Under the pieces are notes generated by a model, which saw only the letters and a program-made list of their open reading frames with translations, was not told the origin of the DNA and did no database searches. This document shows, in pieces, positions 7,955 through 18,934 of a DNA stretch of 64,000 bases; positions within the stretch are counted from its first letter, which is position 1; the number at the start of each line of letters is the position of its first letter. Position numbers and translations under genes: made by a program. The stretch comes from Escherichia virus KFS-EC. The DNA is taken from sequence record MH560358. The stretch is one strand, 5' to 3'.

Positions 7955-8428
7955 CTATTTGTTAAGCCCTTTAAAGCCAAACACTTTCTTTAATGCATGT
8001 TCGGTTATGATCTTAAACTCCATGTTATGCTTTTGGCATAATTTCACGGCAGCTAACCATTTTTCAGTATTTTTTGTGTATGTCCATACTTCATGCATAT
8101 ATCGTTGCTTTGTCTTCGCGGTCATTCTTTTTGGCTTTTCCGGTGGCCTTGTCTCTTTAGCTGGTTTAACTTCCCATAAATGCTCCTTGCCATCATCAAA
8201 CTTAACGTAAAAATCCATAAAGTATCTGTGTCTTTTTCCGTCTGTTGATGACTCATAAGGAATTACTACGGTCTCAGATCCCCATTTTGCAACTCTAGGA
8301 TTGCGGTCTAGCCACTGCATGATCCATCTTTCCCAGCTTGAACGGTATGTGATCTTACGTATATCCCCTTTATACTTTTCCTTATTCTCAGGAACATACT
8401 TGCCCTTATAAGTGTTAGATCCTCCCAT
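7955..8428 (-). CDS. 4: gp4-like head completion protein
   Basis: 157-aa ORF between the gene 2 and gene 53 homologues. Confidence 0.55.
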   Translation of the reverse strand: MGGSNTYKGKYVPENKEKYKGDIRKITYRSSWERWIMQWLDRNPRVAKWGSETVVIPYESSTDGKRHRYFMDFYVKFDDGKEHLWEVKPAKETRPPEKPKRMTAKTKQRYMHEVWTYTKNTEKWLAAVKLCQKHNMEFKIITEHALKKVFGFKGLNK

Positions 8429-8443
8429 TTTAGCACCCTTTAT

Positions 8444-8451
8444 TATAAATA
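8444..8451 (+). promoter_or_regulatory. T4-type late promoter (TATAAATA)
   Basis: Exact TATAAATA about 33 nt upstream of the gp53 ATG. Confidence 0.6.
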
Positions 8452-8483
8452 CATAATACTATTTATCAATTGAGGGTGATAAA

Positions 8484-9038
8484 ATGCTCTTTTCTTTCTT
8501 CCCTGCCATTGAATACAACGGCAAGATGATTACTGACATTGTGCGCAATTACCGCGCATATTTCAACGCAATAATTTCTGATTATAACATACAAACATAT
8601 TACATTCAAGGTAGTCCACGACCGGAACAAGTTGCATATGAAGTATACGGAAACCAACAACTTTACTGGATCTTGCTGATGCTTAATGACGTATACGATC
8701 CGTTCCATGACTGGATCACCGATCAAGAGACAGCATATGAATCAGCCGAACAACGATATGCAAACGTAGGAGGAAATCAAGTATTATACCACGTTGATAT
8801 TGACGGAAACAAGTATTGGAATCTTACCGAATATCCGAAAGGATCAAGCAATTGGTATGATAAAGGGGATATTCATCATCGTCATTTGCAGTTTCAAGGT
8901 GCATTATCGGCAGTAGACACACTGGAAGATGCGATCCTCCGTAATGAGGAACGACGCAAGATCAAGATCATAGATCCTACACAAATTAAACAATTTATTA
9001 ACGCATTCATTCGAGAAATGGAAAAGGCTGATGTGTAA
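8484..9038 (+). CDS. 53: baseplate wedge protein gp53
   Basis: Position upstream of gp5, size (184 aa), late promoter upstream. Confidence 0.6.
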   Translation: MLFSFFPAIEYNGKMITDIVRNYRAYFNAIISDYNIQTYYIQGSPRPEQVAYEVYGNQQLYWILLMLNDVYDPFHDWITDQETAYESAEQRYANVGGNQVLYHVDIDGNKYWNLTEYPKGSSNWYDKGDIHHRHLQFQGALSAVDTLEDAILRNEERRKIKIIDPTQIKQFINAFIREMEKADV

Positions 9039-9049
9039 GGTGATTAATT

Positions 9050-10849
9050 ATGCTAATGTTTAATAACTCCGTTAAATGGTTTACCGGAATTGTAGAAAAC
9101 AGGGAAGACCCATTAATGCTGGGGCGCGTTCAGGTTAGGATTCATGGTATACATCCCTCGCTATCCGCACACGGTGACATTCAAGGTCTTCCAACCGAAG
9201 ATCTATTATGGATTACGCCAGTACAAGATATTACAAGCGCGGCGATCTCCGGTATAGGTCAAAGCCCTACTGGTATTGTTGAAGGTTCAATGGTATTTGG
9301 TTTGGCTTTAGATGAACGTTATTTAAACTGCGTTATTCTTGGTACTATTGCCGGACAATATACAGAGAAACCACTCACTACAGAAGGTTTTTGCGACCCT
9401 TCTGGTGCATATCCTCGTTATATTGGTAATGATGTTAATATTCTTGCTCGTGGCGGTATTAACCCAGAAACCGGACAAACAACAAAACCTGATAGTGTCT
9501 ATATTCGAGATGAAAACACTGGAGTTGCAGTAAATCCAGACGACGAGCCATTAGACCAAATTCCGGTTGATGATAATCCTGATTTTACAATAGAAAAAAT
9601 GCTGCGTGGCGATGAGGGGTATCGCGAGAAATGGTATCTTGATTCAGAAGGATATCCGACAATAGGCATCGGGCATTTGATCATTTATAAGAAAACCAGT
9701 GATCTTGGTATTATCAATAATGAACTTTCTAAGCTGGTAGGGCGTGAAGTTACAAACGGAAGACTTACAGCCGAAGAAGTTAGTAAAGTATTTGCTGACG
9801 ATATAGAAAAGACTCGTCGTGATATGCGCAAACATCCACGAATTGCACCTGTCTATAATAAATGTAATGCCTCACGTCGTATGGCATTAGAAAATATGGC
9901 GTTTCAAATGGGTGTTAGTGGATTGGGTAAATTTAAGAATAGTCTTGCTGCGATGTTAGCGGAAGAATGGAAACAAGCCTATGATGGATTACGTCAATCG
10001 GTGTGGGCTAACCAAACTCCAGGACGTTCAAGCCGTGTTTCTAAAATTATTCTTACTGGTAACTTAGAATCATATGGCGTAATTGCTCCAAAGAAAGAGG
10101 AATCTGTTTCTGATGATCCGCGAGCACGTTTGAGAAATGCCCGTATTGCTGCCTATAAGACGCAGAGAGCAGAAGAAGACCCAGAAGCACCGTTTACCCC
10201 ACAAGACACACGAATCATGTTTAAAGAGCCTAAGAGTTCGTATTCTGCAAGGTATCCATATAACCATGTATACGAGTCAGAGAGCGGTCATATTATCGAG
10301 ATTGATGATACTCCTTCTCATGAGCGATATCATCGTAAACATCCTTCTGGTACATTTGAAGAAACCAGACCGGACGGAACGAGGGTAGAAAAGATTGAAG
10401 GTGATGATTATCTGATCGTTAAGCAAGGCCGGAAAGTCAACGTTAAGGGTAATTTGCAAGTTGTTGTTGAAGGTGACGCGCAAGTTTATTATATGGGTAA
10501 TGTGATGCAAACCGTTGATGGTAACGTCACTGAATTTATTCGTGGCAATGTTAATCAGACCGTTGAAGGTACTGCTAACATGCATGTTGTCGGTGATGTT
10601 ACCGCTCAGCTTGACGCTAATTTGACGGCTAATGTCAAGGGTAATGCTGAATTAATGATCGAGGGTAACACTACCGAAACAATTAAAGGTAACTATGATT
10701 TAACCGTTGAGGGTAATTTTAATATGACCGTCAATGGCACTAAATCAGATCAGGTTAATGGTGACTGGTCCCGTAATTGTGGTGCAAGCGTTAAAGATAT
10801 TGCATCTGGTACAGTTAAAATTGATGGTAGCCGTATTGATCTTGGGTGA
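9050..10849 (+). CDS. 5: baseplate hub + tail lysozyme gp5
   Basis: Central T4-lysozyme-like segment (DSEGYPTIGIGHLI) and C-terminal periodic VxGNxxxx beta-helix repeats. Confidence 0.9.
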   Translation: MLMFNNSVKWFTGIVENREDPLMLGRVQVRIHGIHPSLSAHGDIQGLPTEDLLWITPVQDITSAAISGIGQSPTGIVEGSMVFGLALDERYLNCVILGTIAGQYTEKPLTTEGFCDPSGAYPRYIGNDVNILARGGINPETGQTTKPDSVYIRDENTGVAVNPDDEPLDQIPVDDNPDFTIEKMLRGDEGYREKWYLDSEGYPTIGIGHLIIYKKTSDLGIINNELSKLVGREVTNGRLTAEEVSKVFADDIEKTRRDMRKHPRIAPVYNKCNASRRMALENMAFQMGVSGLGKFKNSLAAMLAEEWKQAYDGLRQSVWANQTPGRSSRVSKIILTGNLESYGVIAPKKEESVSDDPRARLRNARIAAYKTQRAEEDPEAPFTPQDTRIMFKEPKSSYSARYPYNHVYESESGHIIEIDDTPSHERYHRKHPSGTFEETRPDGTRVEKIEGDDYLIVKQGRKVNVKGNLQVVVEGDAQVYYMGNVMQTVDGNVTEFIRGNVNQTVEGTANMHVVGDVTAQLDANLTANVKGNAELMIEGNTTETIKGNYDLTVEGNFNMTVNGTKSDQVNGDWSRNCGASVKDIASGTVKIDGSRIDLG

Positions 10850-10857
10850 GGTAACTA

Positions 10858-11427
10858 ATGGTTGAAATTCTTCCGATGAGTTCAAAATTGGAGGATATCA
10901 GCGAGCGAGAAATCTTTGAGGTGGTGTTCTCTTATAAAGCAACGCCACCGGATGCAAATACCACATACACGATTAAAGAGTTTAAGATCAGCGAGTATCG
11001 CCCTAATAAGGGCGTTACCGTTGAAGAAACTAAAATATCTGGTGAGTATAGGGATAGTTTTTCGCTTGGCGCGGATTCTCTTAAATATATAACGAAAGAT
11101 CGAATTAAAAAATCTGCCGGAAGTTTTGATGATTTACCAGATCCAACTACCGCAGATCTATATTATTTTAACGCTCCTACACGTCTACAGGAGGTTTATA
11201 CTTATAAAGTAACCCTAACCTATATCCAATCTGTTTCAGAGTCTTCTGGTGGTTCTGGTGAAGGAAATAGTGGTGGTTCCAATAGCCGAGAGGGTGCTGG
11301 TGAAACTAATCCGCCTCCGGTAGTAACCGAGCACACAATAGAGAAAGTTTATACTCAAACCGTTTTTGGAAATTGGGATGTGTGGAGTAAACAGTTAAGA
11401 GATTATGTTAGAAGAAGTGAGGGATAA
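10858..11427 (+). CDS. 5.1: gp5.1-like protein
   Basis: ORF immediately downstream of gp5; positional assignment only. Confidence 0.4.
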   Translation: MVEILPMSSKLEDISEREIFEVVFSYKATPPDANTTYTIKEFKISEYRPNKGVTVEETKISGEYRDSFSLGADSLKYITKDRIKKSAGSFDDLPDPTTADLYYFNAPTRLQEVYTYKVTLTYIQSVSESSGGSGEGNSGGSNSREGAGETNPPPVVTEHTIEKVYTQTVFGNWDVWSKQLRDYVRRSEG

Positions 11428-11428
11428 T

Positions 11429-11968
11429 ATGATTGAAGTAATTCATTACACCAAAGAAGATGAAATTTTATATAATAGACTACATGAACTATTTTATGAA
11501 GTTGACGGAAAGGTTTATAGAAGGTTCTCTCGTGGACGTTCTAAAGCCGGAAGTCTAGTTGGTGGATTGAAGATAAATCCATGTGGATATAGATATTGGA
11601 GACTTGCTGTTGATGGTAAAGAGTTTCAGAGGTCTCATGTTGTTTATCATATGCATCACGGACACACTCCGAGAAAACCACTACAAATAGATCATATTAA
11701 CACAAACTCCCTTGACGACCGAGTTAGCAATTTAAGACCAGCAACCGTTACTCAACAAATGTACAACCAAAATAAACAATCCGATTGCACATCTTCATAT
11801 ATTGGTGTTAATTGGAATAAAAATTCCAAAAAGTGGGAAGCTAGAATTAGAGCCAATGGAAAACGAATCCGTTTAGGTCTATTTGATAATGAAATTGACG
11901 CTGCGATTGCCTATAACACCGCTGCATTATCTAGAGATTCAAAAGTTAACAAATTAAACGATGTATGA
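11429..11968 (+). CDS. HNH homing endonuclease with AP2 DNA-binding domain
   Basis: HNH motif ([10 protein letters not shown]...[17 protein letters not shown]) followed by AP2-like [43 protein letters not shown]; start set at ATG 11429 with GTGAGGG SD. Confidence 0.8.
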   Translation: MIEVIHYTKEDEILYNRLHELFYEVDGKVYRRFSRGRSKAGSLVGGLKINPCGYRYWRLAVDGKEFQRSHVVYHMHHGHTPRKPLQIDHINTNSLDDRVSNLRPATVTQQMYNQNKQSDCTSSYIGVNWNKNSKKWEARIRANGKRIRLGLFDNEIDAAIAYNTAALSRDSKVNKLNDV

Positions 11969-11981
11969 AGATGGGGTTTTG

Positions 11982-12275
11982 ATGGCTGGTTTATCATATG
12001 ACAAAGCAAAAACTACTGGACATGGTAATTACGGTCCGACAATAATTAATGCAACTCAATCTAAGGTATTTGTTGAGGGTATCCCTGTATTAGTAGAAGG
12101 AGACCCAATTACACCACATACAAAAACAACAAAGCCTTATGATACACACGGGGGAACTACGGTCGCCAGTACCCCGAAAGTATTTGTTACCGGAAAGAAA
12201 GCAATTCAAATGGCAGATCGTATTAGCTGTGGCGATACCGTCGCTATGGCATCACCGAAGGTATTCATAAAATGA
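11982..12275 (+). CDS. 5.4: PAAR-repeat baseplate spike tip protein gp5.4
   Basis: About 97 aa, Gly/Thr-rich PAAR-like sequence directly upstream of gp6; start at internal ATG 11982 (GATGGGG SD). Confidence 0.6.
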   Translation: MAGLSYDKAKTTGHGNYGPTIINATQSKVFVEGIPVLVEGDPITPHTKTTKPYDTHGGTTVASTPKVFVTGKKAIQMADRISCGDTVAMASPKVFIK

Positions 12276-14176
12276 CAAAGCAAAAGATTACACAAATTCC
12301 TGATATTTTTAATGCTGCTACATTCGATGAAATTAAAAGCGCATTAACAGACTGGATGAGAAACCAGGAAGAATTTAAAGATTTTGATTTTAATGGTGCT
12401 GGTATTAACGTATTGATGGACTTGCTCGCATATAATACCCTTTATATTCAGCAATTCGCCAACGCCGCTCTATATGAATCTTTTATCAGAACGGCAATTA
12501 AGCGTAGTTCAGTTGTTCAAGCCGCGCAAGATTTAGGATATTTGCCAGCAAGTAAAACTAGTGCATCGACTACAATTATGTTGCACGTATCCCATCCGCG
12601 AAATCCGGCAAGTATTCGAATCCCACGAGGAACTAAATTTATTGCAAGTGTGGATCGCCAGACTTCTTACCCGTTTGTTACTACCGAGGATGTTGTAAGC
12701 GTTTTGGGTTCAAATGGTTTATATACGCCTATGCTTAAAGTCGCACAAGGTCGTATTGTTCGTACAGAAATGTTATTTGATCCGAAGAAACAAATTCTGA
12801 TCCGTGATCCTGATATTGACCGCGCTCAGGTTAAGTTGTGGGTAGATGGTGCTGAATGGAAAGACTGGACACGAGAAAGCATTGTTAACGCAACTGGTGC
12901 AAGCAATATTTTCTATATGCGTGAAACCGTAGACGGTCATACAGAAATCTTCTTTGGTGAAGGCGAATCAACTTTATCTGCTGCTGGCGGTGCACTGGAA
13001 GCAAATTATATTGGTGGACTTAAGCCGTCAACTGGTGCTAATATTGTTATCGAATATATCAGCACTAAAGGCGCGGAAGCTAACGGATCTGTCAATTTCA
13101 CATACGCGGATACCCTTGCATCTATCTCTATTGTTAAAATTATTGAGAATCCGACAAATGACCGTGATTATGTCGGTGCAGATGGTGGTGGTGATCCTGA
13201 ATCAATCGAACGTATCCGTGAACTTGCTCCGGTAATGCGTGAATCTCAGCGTCGTTGTGTTACTGCTTCCGACTATGAGGCTTTTGTGTCTAGCCGTTTT
13301 GGTAGTATTGTTCAGGCGGTACAATGTTTCACCGACCGAGAAAAGCCAGGTTATGCTTTTGTTGCTGTTAAGCCGAAATCTGGCTTGCGCTTGACAACTG
13401 TTCAAAAAGAAGATATGCGGGATTATCTGGCAAAATATAACCTTGCCCCTATCACACCGAGCATCATTGACCCTAACTATCTATATATTAAACAGAATAT
13501 TAAAGTTTCATATTCAATCAATGACTTGTCTGAATCAGAACAGTGGCTGCGCGGTGCGGTTATTGATCAGATTGATGCATATTATAACGACGAAGTGGAA
13601 ATCTTTAACCAGACATTTAGTAAGTCTAAAATGCTTGCACGTATTGACAAGGCTGATGTTTCTGTAATAGGTTCTAGTGCAGAGATCGAGATGGTGCGAG
13701 AGATCGACAACTTCTATAAAGCACCTATGGCTGGAATCAAGTTCTTAAACCAATATAAGAGCGGAATCAAGTCTAGTTCTTTCAACTTTGAAAAGGATGG
13801 CAAGCAATACCCTATCCATTATGTAAGTACAGAAATGAACAAAGAATCCGGTTTAGCTAAATTACTGGTTGGACCTTTCCCTGTTGGTTCTACAATCGCT
13901 TTACCGCACTATTCCGGCACTGATTTTGATAAAGAGATTATCGACGGTGCGGACCTATACTTTGAGGTTGGAGAGGTTCAGCATTATGAAGACCTTATTT
14001 CATGGGATCTGGGTAAACTGAATATCAATAGCGATCGCTTTACTGGTTCATATATTGAGTTGACAGCTAAACCGATTGCTGATAACATCTTTACTAAAGA
14101 CGGTTCTTTGATCGTGTTTGAAAACGATCTCCGTCCTCAGTACACAACTATTAGTCTGGAGGCAATTGCTCAATGA
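12272..14176 (+). CDS. 6: baseplate wedge protein gp6
   Basis: 634 aa, position and size; 4-nt overlap with gp7. Confidence 0.75.
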   Translation: MTKQKITQIPDIFNAATFDEIKSALTDWMRNQEEFKDFDFNGAGINVLMDLLAYNTLYIQQFANAALYESFIRTAIKRSSVVQAAQDLGYLPASKTSASTTIMLHVSHPRNPASIRIPRGTKFIASVDRQTSYPFVTTEDVVSVLGSNGLYTPMLKVAQGRIVRTEMLFDPKKQILIRDPDIDRAQVKLWVDGAEWKDWTRESIVNATGASNIFYMRETVDGHTEIFFGEGESTLSAAGGALEANYIGGLKPSTGANIVIEYISTKGAEANGSVNFTYADTLASISIVKIIENPTNDRDYVGADGGGDPESIERIRELAPVMRESQRRCVTASDYEAFVSSRFGSIVQAVQCFTDREKPGYAFVAVKPKSGLRLTTVQKEDMRDYLAKYNLAPITPSIIDPNYLYIKQNIKVSYSINDLSESEQWLRGAVIDQIDAYYNDEVEIFNQTFSKSKMLARIDKADVSVIGSSAEIEMVREIDNFYKAPMAGIKFLNQYKSGIKSSSFNFEKDGKQYPIHYVSTEMNKESGLAKLLVGPFPVGSTIALPHYSGTDFDKEIIDGADLYFEVGEVQHYEDLISWDLGKLNINSDRFTGSYIELTAKPIADNIFTKDGSLIVFENDLRPQYTTISLEAIAQ

Positions 14177-17100
14177 TTAAAGCGCCTAGTGTAACTAGCT
14201 TGACAATAGAAAAATTGTCTGCTAATCAGGCGTATATCACATGGGATGACGTAGGCGAAAACTTCTTTTATTTTGTGGAGTTAGCCGAAACCAGAACACG
14301 AGACGGGGAGATCATCCCCGTCGATGAGTTAAGCTGGGTAAACCTGGGATATACTGCCGACCAAAACTGGTTTGAGGACAAAAACCTTTTTCCAGAATAT
14401 TATTACAAATTTCGTGTAGCAGTAGCCGCAGAAGGATTTGAACAAAGTAAATGGGTTGAGACAGAAGAATTTCAGACATTTAAAACAAACGCATATAATT
14501 TTTCTATGATGCGAGAGTTCAACCTTGCAAACGAGTTTGTTAAGCAAAAGTTTACATATGATAATCGTGATTATATTAAATTCAATACTGATTTAATTCA
14601 AGCATCATTGATGCAGGAAGATTTTGTTTTCAGTCCTGAATATGCAAACATCACAAATATTTCTAACAAAATTATTGTTGATGAAAACTTTCATGAAATA
14701 CAGGATCACATAGAAAAAGTTTGTATTGATATAAACCGCACTATGTTAGCGGAAATGAACGGTGTTTTGTACCTTTTCGAACGGTTCCAGCCGATCGTGA
14801 AAGTGTCAAATGATAAAGGTCAATCATGGAAAGCATATAAAGCGTTTAACGACCGTGTAGGCAATCCGGTTTCCCGTACATGCGTTTATCAGTCTAAAAC
14901 CACTACTTACGTTTTAGGATATGATCGAATCTTTTACGGACGACAAGCGAGCGATACTCGATGGAGCGCGGACGATGTTCGATTTAGTGATGATACGATC
15001 ACTTTTGCAAAGGTTGGTGACGAGAACGATTTAGGCTTTGACGTTGAGGTCTTTGGTGTATTTTCCAGATTAACAGGGGACACCACAAAATACGCCGAAG
15101 CTATGGCATGTAGTGATGACTATTTGTGGGTTGGTGCTAAGGATGTTATTCGCCGGATTCGTCTTAAGAATACTCCGGTTGATACCGTACAGGGTTCGCC
15201 TACATTTGGGGAAAAGATATTTGACCCTGATATTATCAGAGTAACAGGAAATGACAAAGCTGTTATTCAGAAAATGGATGTGATCGACGGTAAATTGCTT
15301 GTATTTGTTACTGGTGAAGTTAAACAGCGTTATCAAGATCCAACTAAACCAGAAAACGTTGTTCCGTCAGATGATGCGGGTGTATACTTAATTGGGAGTG
15401 ATGGTCTGTCTTTTCAGAGAGTATTTGGCAACACTCCGCAGGAAAGGGAATATATTCAGCATGGGTTCAGTAATATGTCAACCAATGGTGATGAGGTGTT
15501 TATAAGCCATTATAATCATCACTTCGAAAGCATTTTACCTGATCCAGAAACTGCCGCGAAATATGAATTGGGCGAAGCTGTAAAATATTCTCAGGAGCCA
15601 ACTTATCTAACTGATAAGAAAATACATCAAACTACTTTCAGAGCAAGTTATGATGATTTGCGTATTTGGGAGTTAGGACCGCAAGCGTATTATAATGAAG
15701 CCGACTATACATGGATGCGTCGAAATGGTGTTCGTGTGTGGATCACAAATGATAATCGCCCGTTGGTTGTTTATCCAGAGGTTATCTATACTCAAGAAGT
15801 TGATACGTCTGGCATTCTTGACCAAAATAGGGTCAACCGAGAAGTTTATGATAAAGGGACCGTGACCTGTTATCTTAACAATGTTAAATTTGAAGGATTC
15901 AAACAATATGCATCCGGTGTAATGTTCCATAAAAACACGGGAGAGATCATAGGTTTCTATCAATTTAATTATCGCGTTCGCGATCTGGTTGGTGTATATT
16001 GGAAGCCTACAAATGTAGCATTTGTTGCTGAACTGCAAAATCAGATCCGAGAGGTTCCCTGGGTTCCGGTTCACTACGATCGAGAGCAAGATCCAGATTT
16101 GCGACCTTTACTGAATAAGATGACACCGGATAGTTTTTTACTTGAGAACGAAAATTTCAGAAAATTCTCTGAATATTATCTGCAATTCTTAAGTGATGGT
16201 TCTGGAACATATTATAATAAACTAAAAAATCTGATTAAAAACAAATATCCACGCGAGCAAGATGCATATGAGTATCTTTGGTCAGAGATGAACAAACGAA
16301 ACATCTATGCAGATAAAAACAAGCGAGATGCGGTCGTAAGATTCTTCGAATCCCGCAAATCAGATTTTTATTCCACTAAGGGCGTGGAGGCTTCTTACAA
16401 GTTCTTGTTTAAGTTACTTTATAATGAAGATGTGGAAATTGAGGTTGAATCACAAGCCGGACTAGAGTATGATATTGTTGTTAGTTCAACGAACATTGAC
16501 GAGGATATCGTAGGTCGCACGATCTATACTCCAACCGGACGGGCTAACGTGACTTATCTTGAAAGGGAATATGAAGGTGGACGTCTACGCTGGCGAGTAG
16601 CCATTCATAACCTGATCGGGCGGTTCGAAGAAGGTCAAGTGATCAAATCAGAGAAAACAGCGTTTGAGGGGATGATCCTTGTTGGTGTACGTGGTAAAGA
16701 GTTGTTGAGTAGTTCGATCGACTATATCAACCGCTCACGAAGCCAATACACCATGAAGATTAAAAGTGCATTGCCAGTTTCGCGCTATGCAAATGATGTA
16801 ATGCGATTCGTTCATCCTGTCGGCTTTGGGTTTATCGGTGTTACCCTGCTTACGATGTTCATTAACAGCGGGTTGAGCATGAAGCACACCGAGACTATAA
16901 TTCAATCTCTGAAAAATTATAAGTTTGACAGCGGATTGCCTAGCGTGTATCCTGATCGGGTGGCAGACCTTGACGTTGACGGAAACATTAAGAAAGACCC
17001 GCTTACCGGAAAAGCATTATATTTGACTTCACCTTTAATTAGTGATGAATTTCCGGTTCCTCCTGAATATGATCAGGAGAACAGCGAATTGTTCCACGGA

Positions 17101-17259
17101 CTTAAAGCAAGCGAACGAAGATTTGCAATGAGTCCACTGTTTGACCAGTCGGCGGTAACATTCTCTATGTTCCGTGAACTTGTAGATAAACGGTTGAAAG
17201 ATAATATAGGGAATCCACGCGATCCGAAGAATCCGACACAGAGGAAAATTAATGGCTAA
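14173..17259 (+). CDS. 7: baseplate wedge protein gp7
   Basis: 1028 aa, position and size. Confidence 0.75.
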   Translation: MIKAPSVTSLTIEKLSANQAYITWDDVGENFFYFVELAETRTRDGEIIPVDELSWVNLGYTADQNWFEDKNLFPEYYYKFRVAVAAEGFEQSKWVETEEFQTFKTNAYNFSMMREFNLANEFVKQKFTYDNRDYIKFNTDLIQASLMQEDFVFSPEYANITNISNKIIVDENFHEIQDHIEKVCIDINRTMLAEMNGVLYLFERFQPIVKVSNDKGQSWKAYKAFNDRVGNPVSRTCVYQSKTTTYVLGYDRIFYGRQASDTRWSADDVRFSDDTITFAKVGDENDLGFDVEVFGVFSRLTGDTTKYAEAMACSDDYLWVGAKDVIRRIRLKNTPVDTVQGSPTFGEKIFDPDIIRVTGNDKAVIQKMDVIDGKLLVFVTGEVKQRYQDPTKPENVVPSDDAGVYLIGSDGLSFQRVFGNTPQEREYIQHGFSNMSTNGDEVFISHYNHHFESILPDPETAAKYELGEAVKYSQEPTYLTDKKIHQTTFRASYDDLRIWELGPQAYYNEADYTWMRRNGVRVWITNDNRPLVVYPEVIYTQEVDTSGILDQNRVNREVYDKGTVTCYLNNVKFEGFKQYASGVMFHKNTGEIIGFYQFNYRVRDLVGVYWKPTNVAFVAELQNQIREVPWVPVHYDREQDPDLRPLLNKMTPDSFLLENENFRKFSEYYLQFLSDGSGTYYNKLKNLIKNKYPREQDAYEYLWSEMNKRNIYADKNKRDAVVRFFESRKSDFYSTKGVEASYKFLFKLLYNEDVEIEVESQAGLEYDIVVSSTNIDEDIVGRTIYTPTGRANVTYLEREYEGGRLRWRVAIHNLIGRFEEGQVIKSEKTAFEGMILVGVRGKELLSSSIDYINRSRSQYTMKIKSALPVSRYANDVMRFVHPVGFGFIGVTLLTMFINSGLSMKHTETIIQSLKNYKFDSGLPSVYPDRVADLDVDGNIKKDPLTGKALYLTSPLISDEFPVPPEYDQENSELFHGLKASERRFAMSPLFDQSAVTFSMFRELVDKRLKDNIGNPRDPKNPTQRKING

Positions 17260-18247
17260 TGAAAATAGTGTGATCTATCGCTCAATCATTACTAGCAAAT
17301 TCAGAACAGAAAAACTTCTGAACTTCTATAATTCTGTAGGCGATGGAGCAAATCAAATTACAATTTATGGAACGTTTGGACGTTCGGAGCCGTGGTCAGA
17401 AAACGAAAAAGAGGTGGGCTTTGCCCCACCTTATCCGACCGATTCAACGGCTGGCGTTGTTGACATGTGGACCCATATGATGGGTGCGGTTAAGATTAAC
17501 AAATCACTTCTTGATGCGGTTATCCCCCGTAAAGATTGGGGTGATACCGGACAGGATAACCCGCGCACGTTCTTTATCAATGACGTTGTTGTTGTAAACT
17601 CAGCACCATATAACCGTACAGATGTTGGTAGCGGTTGGATGGTATATCGAGTGACAGATGTTCCTGATCGCGGTTACTGCTCTATTTCAAGCATTGACGC
17701 TAAGGTAGAGTGTTTGAAGCTGGGCGGAAAGTGGACACCTACCCATGAATCAATTGCGCCACCTGTAGGAAAGGGCGATTCTATTGATATGGGTGACGGA
17801 TATCGTTGGGAGTATTTGTACACAATTCCGCCTGATGCGGCTATCAACCGTTGCACCAATGAACATATTGTTGTTCCATTCCCTGATGAACTGCGACAAG
17901 ATCCGGCGCGTTGGGGATATGATAATGTGATCACCTGGTATAATGACTATAATCTGCTTTATCGGCTGAAAGTAGTAACTTTGCGTTTTCAGGCTTATAT
18001 GGACTCTGCGCAATTCACAACTACCGCGTTAGTGGGTAATACTGGTTTCCGTCAGTTAAGCATTATCCTTAACCCATTGGAAAAGAAAGCACGCCCTAGC
18101 GATCCAGACGTTAAAGCGGTTCAAGATAAGTACCGTCCGCAAGACTTAGAGCCACACTCAGGCGAAATGATCTACATGGAAAACCGACAACCTATCGTTC
18201 GGTCATTAGATCAAACAGAACTTGTTTCTGTATTGTTTGAGTTCTAA
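17252..18247 (+). CDS. 8: baseplate wedge protein gp8
   Basis: 331 aa, position and size. Confidence 0.7.
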   Translation: MANENSVIYRSIITSKFRTEKLLNFYNSVGDGANQITIYGTFGRSEPWSENEKEVGFAPPYPTDSTAGVVDMWTHMMGAVKINKSLLDAVIPRKDWGDTGQDNPRTFFINDVVVVNSAPYNRTDVGSGWMVYRVTDVPDRGYCSISSIDAKVECLKLGGKWTPTHESIAPPVGKGDSIDMGDGYRWEYLYTIPPDAAINRCTNEHIVVPFPDELRQDPARWGYDNVITWYNDYNLLYRLKVVTLRFQAYMDSAQFTTTALVGNTGFRQLSIILNPLEKKARPSDPDVKAVQDKYRPQDLEPHSGEMIYMENRQPIVRSLDQTELVSVLFEF

Positions 18248-18257
18248 GTGTATGATT

Positions 18258-18290
18258 TAAAAGCCAATTCGAGAGAGTTGGCTTTTTCCA
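18258..18290 (+). terminator. intrinsic terminator after gene 8
   Basis: AAAAGCCAA...TTGGCTTTTT hairpin with T-run. Confidence 0.6.
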
Positions 18291-18298
18291 TTTTTGGT

Positions 18299-18327
18299 GT
18301 TGACAATCTTATTTGGTAAGGTATAAT
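18299..18327 (+). promoter_or_regulatory. sigma70-type early promoter
   Basis: GTTGACA -35, 16-nt spacer, TATAAT -10, then GGAGGA SD and ATG at 18357. Confidence 0.7.
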
Positions 18328-18356
18328 ACACACATCTAAACAACGGAGGATAAATT

Positions 18357-18614
18357 ATGGCACGTCGTAAATTTACAGATAATTGTGAAGCAATTCAGGT
18401 ATCCCCTTGCGGTTGGGATGTGATCGCGAATGGTGAAAAGATCGGAGAGATCATCGATCATACTCATTCATCACTAGCCGATTATACCGATGAACTATGG
18501 GAGGGTATCAACTTCATGAATGACACTAAACGATTCAAGACTATTGATGAAGCTATACATTTTGTGTATAATCCAACTTTCGGTATGTGGAGTGATAGAA
18601 AATGGCACGCGTAA
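18357..18614 (+). CDS. hypothetical protein (85 aa)
   Basis: First gene of the inserted early module; strong SD. Confidence 0.55.
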   Translation: MARRKFTDNCEAIQVSPCGWDVIANGEKIGEIIDHTHSSLADYTDELWEGINFMNDTKRFKTIDEAIHFVYNPTFGMWSDRKWHA

Positions 18615-18934
18615 ATATTAAATTGCATTACACAATGAATAAAGCTAAGTTCCCAATGCAAAAGCATTACTATGGTCTACGTGCACAAGATCCTAAACTC
18701 TATGGTACTCATTGGTTTTGTAAACATGATAACCAATGGCACACATACGAAGAAATGCACGAGATGATGAAACAGGGTATTGAATTTAGTTATTCTAATT
18801 ATGACCATCGTATAACTTGCATTCGAAAATTGAAACGATGGATTCGTAAGAATCCGCAATTTAAAAACTTTGTGTTCTTTATGTCTCATACTTATCTGGG
18901 GCATAGCGTTACCGTAACAGCAAAGGTTAAATAA
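18602..18934 (+). CDS. hypothetical His-rich protein (110 aa)
   Basis: Second gene of the inserted module; overlaps neighbours. Confidence 0.5.
   Translation: MARVNIKLHYTMNKAKFPMQKHYYGLRAQDPKLYGTHWFCKHDNQWHTYEEMHEMMKQGIEFSYSNYDHRITCIRKLKRWIRKNPQFKNFVFFMSHTYLGHSVTVTAKVK

Noticed and set aside
9339-10585. Antisense and alternate-frame ORFs inside gp5 (9339-9533, 9499-9684, 9644-9835, 10070-10267, 10137-10388, 10277-10585)
   Set aside because: Embedded in a well-supported gene, low-complexity translations, no SD; typical spurious frames.
12954-17934. Internal ORFs within gp6/gp7/gp8 (for example 12954-13235, 13202-13405, 15673-16089, 17674-17934)
   Set aside because: Nested within long conserved structural genes; no independent start signals.
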